Below, piece by piece: positions 27,250 through 37,924 of a stretch of DNA of 64,000 bases; positions within the stretch are counted from its first letter, which is position 1; the number at the start of each line of letters is the position of its first letter. The notes under the pieces are model-generated. The model was given only the letters and a program-made list of their open reading frames with translations, searched no databases and had not been told where the DNA came from. The DNA comes from Antedon mediterranea. Lineage: Eukaryota > Animalia > Echinodermata. The position numbers were made by a program, and so were the translations under genes. The DNA lies in assembly GCF_964355755.1 (NCBI RefSeq), contig NC_092673.1:27153648-27217647 (forward strand). The letters are read 5' to 3'.

Positions 27250-28655
27250 CGAAAGCCCATTAATGCCATTTTAAGTGTATGTTTTTCGAACGTAATCCGT
27301 TCTAACGAATTAGTAATTCGTTGGAACGGATTAATAATCTGTTCAAACGAATTAGTAATCCGTTCAAACGAATTGAAACATATACAACAAGTGCCATTTA
27401 AAGTATATGTTGTAATTCGTTTAAACGGATTACTAATCCGTTCAAACGAATTACTAATTTGTTTAAACGGATTACTAATTTGTTCAAACGAATTACTAAT
27501 TCGTTCAAACGAATTACTAATTTGTTTAAACAAATTATTAATTTGTTTAAACGAATTAATAATTTGTTTAAACGGATTACTAATTCGTTTGAACGAACTA
27601 GTAATCCGTTTAAACAAATTATTAATTCGTTTAAACAAATTAGTAATTCGTTTGAACGAATTAATAATTCGTTTGAACAAATTAGTAATCCGTTTAAACA
27701 AATTAGTAATTCGTTTGAACGGATTAGTAATCCGTTTAAACGAATTACAACATATACTTTAAATGGCACTTGTTGTATATGTTGCAATTCGTTTGAACGG
27801 ATTACTAATTCGTTTGAACAGATTATTAATCCGTTCAAACGAATTACTAATTCGTTAGAACGGATTACGTTCGAAAAACATATACTTAAAATGGCATTAA
27901 TGGGCTTTCGTAACATATTCTTTAAATGGCACTTGTTGTATATGTTGCAATTGGTTTGAACAGATTACTAATTCGTTTGAACAGATTACTAATCCGTTCA
28001 AACGAATTACTAATTTGTTTAAACAGATTAATAATCTGTTCAAACGAATTAGGAATCCGTCCAAACGGATTAGTAATTTGTTTAAACGGATTACTAATCT
28101 GTTTAAACGAATTACTAATTCGTTTAAACGAATTAGTAATCCGTTTAAACAAATTATTAATTTGTTTAAACAAATTACTAATTTGTTTAAACAGATTACT
28201 AATTCGTTCAAACGAATTACTAATTCGTTCAAACAGATTAGTAATCCGTTTAAACAAATTATTAATTTGTTTAAACAAATTATTAATTTGTTTAAACGGA
28301 TTACTAATTCGTTTGAACGAATTAGTAATCCGTTTAAACAAATTATTAATTCGTTTAAACGAATTAGTAATCCGTTTAAACAAATTAGTAATTCGTTTGA
28401 ACGAATTAGTAATTCGTTTGAACAAATTAGTAATCCGTTTAAACAAATTAGTAATTCGTTTGAACGGATTAGTAATCCGTTCAAACGAATTACAACATAT
28501 ACTTTAAATGGCACTTGTTGTATATGTTGCAATTCGTTTGAACGGATTACTAATTCGTTTGAACAGATTATTAATCCGTTCAAACGAATTACTAATTCGT
28601 TAGAACGGATTACGTTCGAAAAACATATACTTCAAATGGCATTAATGGGCTTTCG
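27250..28655. repeat. Fold-back element built from a 21-bp quasi-palindromic minisatellite; full palindrome 27250-27910 (TA-flanked) plus a second partial copy to 28655
   Basis: TA|CGAAAGCCCATTAATGCCATTT ... AAATGGCATTAATGGGCTTTCG|TA. Unit is about aattactaattcgtttaaacg. The same right end recurs at 28655. Confidence 0.85.
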
Positions 28656-29339
28656 AAGGATCCACCCCTGCCACCATCTTTAAGCATGTTTAATAAAAAT
28701 ATTACCAAACAATGTAACATAGTAAATGAAATGAAAAAATCTAGGACTCTCTCATCTTCATCCGACACTATTGAGTAAAAGTGCGATTTATAAAGTACTA
28801 CTCCTCCCTTATTCGTTGTAGTATTGAGCTGGGATTTGGCATGAATATACTACAGGGACATGTCCTCAAAGCGGATTTGTAAATTTCAAACCGGATGCAG
28901 CCATATGACGTCTCGAAGAAGGTACCATAGCTGTATAAACTATTGGTAGCAAGGTTATTAATGTGTATGTGACGTCACATCCCGTCTTATAACGTCATTA
29001 CAGCTTCTTTTACTGTACCCCGAGTATCGCACATTCGTGCTTGTTTAGTTTTTAAAGATGAATGTTAACATCATTTGACATTCTATATTTTGGTTAGAAA
29101 TGTTTTTAAAAACATGATTTCATTTAACTTTTAGCCTTTAAAACATACAAATCTACTCTTGATCAACCCAATGCAAAGCTACAGTACCTTCCTAAACCAC
29201 ATTCAATTCAAATTGATTTCAATTTCAATAGAATAACATATGGGAATGACCATAGATTACAGTAATATACAGTAAAATCTCTATGGTATGACATCACTGA
29301 TTTATAGCACACACTATAATATATATATATATATATATG

Positions 29340-29700
29340 GAATATATACCGTATAATATCTACAATCAAGATAAATATACATCTGCCAAGTATATACATC
29401 TGCCAAGTATATACCGTATTTACCATATATATATACGGTATATTTTTGGCAGCGGAAGCAGCGGTCACAAAAAATATAACATATTTTCGCTACCAAATTT
29501 GTGGATAAAATACGGTATTTATAACTATATACCGTATTTTGGGTACCCATTTCTGCTGCCAATAAAAAAAAATACCATCTTTTATATTATACCGTATTTT
29601 GAGGATGCAGCAGAAACAGGCCCAATACCCATTTTGCTGCCACAAAAACATACTGTATATAAATGTACCACCTAGGCCTACAGATTACGGTATATTCTTG
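29340..29700. repeat. ATACCGTAT/ATACGGTAT and ttgctgcc/ggcagc motif repeat (family shared with 15320-15490)
   Basis: Multiple direct and inverted copies of these motifs. Confidence 0.6.
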
Positions 29701-31109
29701 AAAGCAGAAATAGGGTCTAAGACTTTGTGGTATAGTAAAAATGAACAAAAACCATCTGTAGGAAAATTTATATGAGTTGTGGGTCACATGTGAAAGAATA
29801 CGGTACTAAATATACGGTAGTGCAGTATACAATAATACTAATGTATCAAATAGGCCTCTGGGTTTACGTAAAAGCTTAATTTTGCGTCATTATAAAGACG
29901 AAATAGATCATAACGGACAATGGCAAGCTTACCTTTCATATCATCACTTCCTGTTAAACAACATAAAAATAGTTTACAAGGGGTCAAATACAGGTTTAAT
30001 TGGAATAGCATTCTCTTTTTGTTTTTATAGCATCATTTAATGGCCTATTGTGATAAATTTGAGAGAAAAACAACAGAAATGAAAAAATTAAAGTATAAGT
30101 AGGGCACGCCAATCAGTGATCAATCACAAATGACTAAATCATAATGTCCTTGACTTGGTAGGAGGAAAACCTAACTAATTATTCACTAGAATGGTACACA
30201 CATGTCACATTTTGTATACCAAACTGTAGCGAGATTGAATCTTAAATTGTGTGAAATGTCATTACCTAATTGGTCATTTTTCTTTGGGAAAAATTTCAAA
30301 TAATGTACTTTCAATTTCATCGAAGCGTAAAAATTAAATGTTTAATAAAAGAATGATGACAAATATATATTAACTCTATACAGTACATCCTATTCCTAAA
30401 TTGTGTGAATGTCAGTACATCATTAGTCAATTTTCTTTTGGAAAAATTTCAATTAAAGTACACTCTAAATTTAATTGAAGCGTAAAAATTAAATGTTTAC
30501 AGTATGATATGTAGAAACACTCATTTTGTTAACATTTCAAGCCATTTTCTTCTTTTGGCTAATTTTAAATTTATTAAAGGAGGGTAACAATTATTTATAA
30601 AGAATTAAATCTACATTTCACTGTAGTAAAACATTATTTGTTACAATTTCGAACTGTTTGACCTTCATCATTTAAATTGAAAATTTGAAAAATACTGCTG
30701 TCAAGCGAGAGTAAATTTTTAATATTATTAAAATATATTTCCTTTGTTTGAGTAATGAAAAAAAAGTTCAAAATGTCATGTAGTAGATGGTCATACAGCT
30801 GCAGATAAAATTAATATCATAAAAATAATGTAATGAAAAAAAAAGTGTCCACAATATACTCGAGGAGAATAGTTTTCTTTAATATTATAACTAAATTTTA
30901 CATATTAATGTTGTTTTACAGTAAGTTGACCAATTCCAATTCGAACATTGTTAAATTAACCAACACCAATGGTTATTTCAAACACCGCCTGCTCGGTAGA
31001 ACTTACCTTGGTCTCGGTAAAACTAACAATGCTGACGTGTCAGACTCAGTTTTTAAAAAAGACTTTCACCATGCGATTCAATCGTAGCTTTTAACATCAT
31101 GGTAAAACT

Positions 31110-31800
31110 ACCCTATAAAAAAAATCGTCGGGACGGGATCCGGTAAAATCCCGCGGGATTTTCGGGCGGTATTTCCGGTCGGGAATCCCGGAAAAATCGG
31201 GATATTTTCGGGATTTCCGACCGGGAAATTAGCGAAATTGTGTTCGGGATTTTTGCGATATTCACGGCCGGGATCCCGGTCATCCCGCGGGATTTTCGGG
31301 CGGTATTCCCGGATTTTACCGGGATCCCGATAAAAATATCCCAATTTTTTACGACCTTTAAATCGGGATTTTTGCGATATTCACGGCCGGGATCCCGGTC
31401 ATCCCGCGGGATTTTCGGGCGGTATTCCCGGTTTTTACCGGGATCCCGGTAACAAATATCCCGATTTTTGCCACCATTTTAATCGGGATTTTTGCGATAT
31501 TCACGGCCGGGATCCCGGTCATCCCGCGGGATTTTCGGGCGGTATTCCCGGTTTTTACCGGGATCCCAATAATAAAATATCTCGATTTTTTTGGCGAAAT
31601 TTTAATCGGGATAATGCGCAAAAACGAACGGGATTTTTAACCGGGATATCGATCGGGATCCCGCCAAGAATCCCGACCGGGATATCGATCGGGATCCCGC
31701 CAAGAATCCCGATCGATATTCCGGTTAAAAATCCCGTTCGTTTTTGCGCATTATCCCGATTAAAATTTCGCCAAAATATCGAGATGTTTTTTATTGGGAT
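31110..31800. repeat. GC-rich ~120-bp tandem repeat (about 3.5 units) ending in a ~240-bp inverted repeat; probable DNA transposon end
   Basis: cgggatttttgcgatattcacggccgggatcccggtcatcccgcgggattttcgggcggtattcccgg occurs near 31245, 31364 and 31484. 31563-31800 folds back on itself. Confidence 0.8.
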
Positions 31801-32535
31801 TTAAGTGCCATCCGGGATTTCAGCTGTAAATTTAAAACGGTATGCTCAATAAATTTAATCCCGCCAAAATTTAGACTTATAAATATAACATCCTGGTCGG
31901 TACTCCCGTTCTGAAATACTGTGATTCTACCAAACTCTTACTCCAAGAAGGACAGACGTCTAGAAATTAAATGAAATCTGTTAAAACAATAAAAATTAAA
32001 AATGCATTTTTATATTATATACACATTTCATTACGGTAATTGTGTGCTTAAATCTGAAACTAAAATAAAGATTTAACTGATTCACTGTTGTTGTTGATTG
32101 TTATCGGTAGTAATTGGCAACATTTTGGTCGTTTGATGTGTTTGTAATATTTACTGTTTCCTTCTTTTATTTCAGAATAAAGTCTGTAATATTTTGAGTA
32201 GGTCTGTTGTATTAAACATGTTTTTTTGTTTTACTAACAATGTTCATTAATTATTCTAACTAATTATTTGTATTTATTAATATCGTAAATGATTGAACAA
32301 CTGATCTGCCGATGTAGGATAATATGTCATAGTAATACAATATAACCAAAACATGAGAGATGAGATTTCAAAAACCCTCTGCAATACTCATCCGGCATTA
32401 TTATCAGTGTTGATCCATCTTTTACGATATGTTGTTTATGATTTAATAACGAGTTAAAATAACACCTTTTTTGTATATTATTGAATAGCTTTCCATTGTT
32501 TTTATGACCAAGTTGAGTTTTATTAACTTGTTGAG

Positions 32536-33641
32536 GGGGTGTCACGAAACCTCAGACCACGAAAGCTCAGACCCCCTAAGACCTAAGATCACGAAAGCTA
32601 AGACCCAACACCTAAGATTACAAATACTAAGATATACTACAGCTTAAAAACAATACTTGTTTATCCATACATAATTTTAAACACAGTAGGTTTCATTTAT
32701 TACCATAAATATAATTTAATACTACCGCAAAACATAGATAAACTCACATTATTTTCGCCCGTTGAGTAAATATAATAATAATAATATTTTTTCTTTACAA
32801 CAAACAAACTTGACGGGTTGTTTGTTGGTATATATTTACTCCATTGTGTTGGTTCAGAGGATGTTTTTCTTACGCACCTGCCTTTCTTGTATTTTGACTC
32901 CAAATTTGTTGACTAACTTTATCCTGAACACCACACTTTAAAATTAGGACTTATAAGTACTTTCAGAAGGAGAAACACATAATAACAAATAAATAAATCC
33001 TTTAAATTGATGATTTTACAGATGTGTTTCTTTGTACTGTATACTGTATGACAATGTAACTCCTCGAGCTCCCAATGCTCAATGTTTTTGTTTCTATGGA
33101 GCGCCAAAAGAGCAACAATAATAGTACAAGTATAAAAACAGAAAGAAAACGAAACAAAAAAACTTATCATGATTTTTAAATTAAAATTTATTTGCCAGTA
33201 TTTATTTCTTCGTACTTGCATGATTATACTATTATCATTACAATTTTAATTTTACATTGTTCCATCCACACTGTAGATGGACTCCACAGAGTTTTCAGCC
33301 CTCTATATAATTTTTGCTCTTTTGACGTTCCATAGAAACAAAAACATTGAACATGGCCCATGGGGTAGGCCTACTGTACTGTAGGCTAGTCATTTTGTGT
33401 GCGAGAAAAACGTCTGTAAAATCATCAATTTAAAAATGTATTTGTTACTTTTTATGTGATTCTTTTTCATGAAAGTGCCAATTCTAAGGTGTGGTATGTA
33501 TTCAGAATAAATGTTGGGAGTTAAAATACAAGGCAGGTGCGAAAGATAAATATTTGTAATCTTAGGTGTTGGGTCTTAGCTTTCGTGATCTTAGGTCTTA
33601 GGGGGTCTGAGCTTTCGTGGTCTGAGCTTTCGTGACACCCC
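32536..33641. mobile_element. Fold-back non-autonomous DNA transposon (MULE- or hAT-like)
   Basis: ~90-bp TIRs GGGGTGTCACGAAA... made of short sub-repeats. Flanking direct repeat TTGTTGAG (8 bp; 10 bp CTTGTTGAGG if the TIR starts GGG). Internal arms (32870-33125 vs 33310-33542) are also inverted. Confidence 0.85.
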
Positions 33642-34784
33642 TTGTTGAGGATATAGCTATTGGTTTCCAGCTGATGAGTGCAATATGCACTCCTGCATAG
33701 ACAATGCATGTTTCGTTTTATGCAGGAGATCCAATCAATAGCCACCTCCCTAACTGTAAGGATCGAAACAGCCATAACATCATCGATAATATTTCCAATT
33801 CAAATATTTGATAATTAATAATTTAATGTAAAATAACACTTTTTTTAAAGTAATTTTCGAACATTTTCTAAAAAATTTAATGAAGATGATGATATGACTG
33901 TCCTGGGATAAACCCGTTTCAATTTTAAAAGTGTTTTTCATTTAATTTTGTTTTCGCAATGACTCCTACAAAAATATAATTATGTCTGTTTATAACGAAA
34001 AGAAAGCGCAATAGGGCCTATATGATATATGTGTTTTTTGTTTACCGTTTATAATTACATTTTTAAACAATAATCCTTCAAATTCTAAATAGCCTATAGG
34101 CCTGTAACTTACCTTACAAAATACTTTGTACCTTTATTATCATAAATATTCTGATAATAAATGTTCTGATCATGTTATTTATAGTTTACCCATTAGTCTA
34201 GCCTAGCTTGACTGTTCCTTCTTCATCCTCATTCACCGCAATTTTCCGAATTAGGCCTAGCCTTGCACACAAAGCAATATTCATAATTAATTATATTAAT
34301 TATTATTATATTATTATTGAGTATGGTGGTGTGATAAACATTTTAATAAATATATGCACAAAATAGTTTTCACATTGTGTCTGGAGAGACCAAAATAATA
34401 ATAATATGCCTAGGCCTAGTAAAGCTTAGTATCAAAGACCTAGCCTACGTAGGATACGCACGGCGGGGGCGGGTGTGGTAGGCTAGACTGATGAGGAAGG
34501 GGGAGGGCCGGGGAGTCTGGCAAGGCAGGCTGCTGTACCTTTTTGACTTGCAATGCTACACAAATATGAGCTTCTTGGCCTATATTTCAACTAAATGAGC
34601 TACTATGATAGGGTATAACAATAAGGTGTAATTAATAAATATTAATCACAACGAATAAATCTACAAATTTATCAAAGACACCTACGGTTTGAATGCGTTG
34701 TACGTCGCCGCTAGAATTGCTGTGGTCTGGTTACAAATTTAAATCAAGGAGGCGGGAACGAGATGCGTAAATGTCACGCGCACG

Positions 34785-36409
34785 CAAGTTCCCATGAACT
34801 TAAACTCGTCACTTGAGGACGAGTTTGGTTATCCGCCAGCAACAAAGCGTATCTTGCGTATTCAAGTACTTCCAAGTTATGACTTTTCCAAAAAAAGTAG
34901 GCTATTCAAAATTAAAACTGCCCTCTCAGTGTAATAACCAACTAAACCCTTTTAATTAATTGTTTTCCCGTGACGGGACTCGAACCCGGTACCTCTGATA
35001 CCAAAGTCGGTTGCATTACACATCGAGCCATATGACCACCTGCTGACGAAAATCCGAAGAAAGAGTCCTCGTTCATTCGGTATGTCGTGAACCCCCTCGA
35101 TGCAAGTTGATTATTACATATCAAACTTAAATCATAAATTTTACTATGATGAAATCTTCAAAAATTTTAAACGCTGATATTTTATGAAAGTACCTACTTT
35201 CAAGTTTTATATATTAACATGTAAAGAAAAAAGATAAATGTTATGTTTATTGTTTTGCTCTTTGAATAAGTTTATGTTTGTTTGATGATAAATATTTCAA
35301 AAATTATATTTAATATGCAAATAATGTAGCCATCAAACACGTTTTAGCATTCAACACTATAATAAATCAGACCTATGATTCATACACTGCAAGAAATTAA
35401 AATAAAAAATGGGGGTAACCTTGCATTCTGATGAACTGTGTCATTTTTAAAAGTAGACATATTTTGGAACATTTTCACAATTTGTTGACGTTTTCGTGCG
35501 CAACCTGTCATGTTTAACGTGCTCGTAGAACGCCATTTCAAGTTGAAAAGTGAATAAAATAACGTAAAATTGTTAACAGAAGATTTAAAAACACAAATCG
35601 TGTAAAAGAAATGCTCATACCTGTTCCCTGCGCCGTGCGCGCGTAAAAATGTGCGCACCAGTGGCAATTTTTTAAACGCTTAAAATGACCTGAATCGTGC
35701 TCTAATTTAATCAGAAATTGATTTGAAGCATTTTAAAATTCCAAACGCCATTTACGCGCGCACTTTCTAATGTTACAAATTGCGATAGCGTTAAAAAAGT
35801 TAACTATTGATGTGAAGCAAACGTGGCTGAAAATGACGTTAAAAAATATTCATTTGTTTCGAAGTTATAACCAATTTAAGATTTTCAGAAAATCACGCGT
35901 AACTTACGCTACGCGGCTCTGACATCGTCAAAAAGCTTGGCTGGACAACTTCAGTAAAATGTCTATATGTTGAACAAGTTACAAAATGTTATGTTAACGC
36001 GTTACAGAGAAACAGCGTGCACAAATTAGGAGCATTTTAAAATTTCAAACGCAGTTTACGCGCAGACTTTCTAGTGTTCAAAAATTTGCTGAAGAGCGAA
36101 AAAGTTAGCCATTGATGTGAAGAAAACGTGGCTGAAAATTTCGTTAAAAAATATTTATCGGTTTCGAAGTTATGACCGATTTAAGATTTTCAGAAAATCG
36201 CGCGTAACTTACGCTACGCGGATCTGACATTGTCAAAAAGCTTCGCAGTACATCTTCAGTTAATTGTCTATATGTTGACCAAGTTACAAAATGTTATGTT
36301 AACACGTTCAAGAGAAAACGCGTACACAAAATCGGAGAAAGAAAGAAGAATAATAAAAAAAAAAAGTAACACTACAATAACAAAGGTTATCCGCTTGAGG
36401 CGGATAACC
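34785..36409 (-). mobile_element. Diverged solo HINE/Helentron-like element (relative of the nested family) carrying a tRNA-like segment
   Basis: aaactcgtc-acttgag-gacgagttt hairpin plus GGTTATCCGC at 34802-34836. Terminal hairpin GGTTATCCGC-ttgag-GCGGATAACC at 36384-36409. Internal modules are homologous to the array units. Confidence 0.75.
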
Positions 36410-36420
36410 AAAAAAAAAAA

Positions 36421-36535
36421 ATAATAAAGATTTCATACAATAACAATAGGTGATCATTTTATTCTAAATGATCACCTAATAATAAAGATTTCATACAATA
36501 ACAATAGGTGATCATTTTATTCTAAATGATCACCT
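36421..36535. repeat. Two 58-bp tandem hairpin caps (AGGTGATCATTT..AAATGATCACCT)
   Basis: Same catacaataacaa + hairpin + aa layout as the HINE caps, but a different stem sequence. Confidence 0.75.
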
Positions 36536-36850
36536 AATTAGATGAGAAAAGGGTCTATCTATAAGTGACTGAATAAATGGTACTTAAAATTACTAAATAA
36601 TTGCACATAAAATGCAGGTTATAATAAGGACATAAGTATAAATTAGATGAGAAAAGGGTCTATCTATAAGTGACTGAATAAATGGTACTTAAAATTACTA
36701 AATAATTGCACATAAAATGCAGGTTATAATAAGGACATAAGTATAAATTAGATGAGAAAAGGGTCTATCTATAAGTGACTGAATAAATGGTACTTAAAAT
36801 TACTAAATAATTGCACATAAAATGCAGGTTATAATAAGGACATAAGTATA
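36536..36850. repeat. 105-bp perfect tandem repeat x3
   Basis: aattagatgagaaaagggtc...ggacataagtata at 36536, 36641 and 36746. Confidence 0.92.
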
Positions 36851-36909
36851 CATATAATGGTACAGGTTATAAATATTTAATTATAATAATTAATGATGAG
36901 AACACTTAC

Positions 36910-37371
36910 GGTTACGAGTAGACATGTACATTGGTACATTACAGTACGAGCAATCCTTGGCAGTTGGATAAAGACCCCTTCGTTGGAAAAAGTCCAGGTA
37001 GTCATCAAATCTATCTTCGGCAGCATGGTCCTTGGTTTAAATCGCAGTAAATCAAATCGAGACGCAGTAAAATATCGGAGTTGTATAATATAGTTGAAAG
37101 TCTTTCGAAAAATGAGTGATTTGAAGACAACTGAACTTGGTTTATATACATGTGCCATATTTTAGTTTGTATACATAGCTCCATGTCGGCATGAGTGATA
37201 TTGTTATATGCTTTATTATGTAATATATTTATTGTAAGCTTAACGCATTTTTGCGGCGCGTGGCCGGCCGGCGGCCTGTTTGTGTGTGCGCATGCGGCGC
37301 ATTTCTCTGATGAACAATGTAATCGGAACATCAATGAGACACCTTTGTGCGGCGATTTTTGTTTCTTAACC
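36910..37371 (-). mobile_element. Possible Merlin/IS1595-like transposon left end with a degenerate transposase N-terminus
   Basis: A minus frame at 37030-36910 reads DHAAEDRFDDYLDFFQRRGLYPTAKDCSYCNVPMYMSTRN, resembling the F-x-Q-x-x-GL...CxxC-x-x-x-M zinc-ribbon start of Merlin transposases. The GC-rich leader starts with GG at 37371. Confidence 0.35.
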
Positions 37372-37924
37372 TGATTACATATTTTATTAATATTTATTTC
37401 TTCCCAACCATTTTTTTTTTAAACTCAAAATTTGAAACACTACCGTTTAGCTTTTTCATTCAAATTGAAGATTGAATTTAATGAAATGCTATGTACTGTA
37501 CTGTTTAACAAATCAACGTAACGGTACAATAGGTTATGATTACTTCAAATCGAAATAGCTAGGTTTTTAACGACTGATTTATCTTTAAAAAACGCCTAAA
37601 AATAAAAGAGAGAGAGAGAGAGAGAATAGCAATTACGTGTTGTAATAATACAGTAGTAACGGTACAATATATAATACTTTTGGTAAAGGAAATCGAATAC
37701 TAGGTTTTTTAAGGACTGAATAAACACAAGTGTGACGTCGTCTGGAATCAGGAATTTTATATTCATAATTACAAGTTGTACTTGGATATCAAACTGTCTA
37801 TTTGGTCGTCTTGAGCCTCAAGAGAATAGCAACTATGTATGAGCTGTAATGAACAGTACCGGTAAGTACAGTATAAAAATCATATATCGACTAGCATTAA
37901 AATTACAAGTGAGAGTCTGTAGTA

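Noticed and set aside
27210-28683. Eight long ORFs suggesting LRR or coiled-coil proteins
   Set aside because: By-product of a 21-bp minisatellite lacking stops in some frames; mirrored on both strands, with no splice or domain context.
30243-30500. Small diverged tandem duplications (also about 4255-4535, 41210-41440 and 43714-44125)
   Set aside because: Ordinary local duplications with no further structure seen.
31108-31621. Three ORFs in the GC-rich block
   Set aside because: Translations of a tandem palindromic repeat.
34960-35045. Functional tRNA genes here and at 12315, 14745, 17350 and 42241
   Set aside because: Acceptor and anticodon stems do not pair convincingly, and the segments are attached to repeat bodies; they are SINE-like heads.
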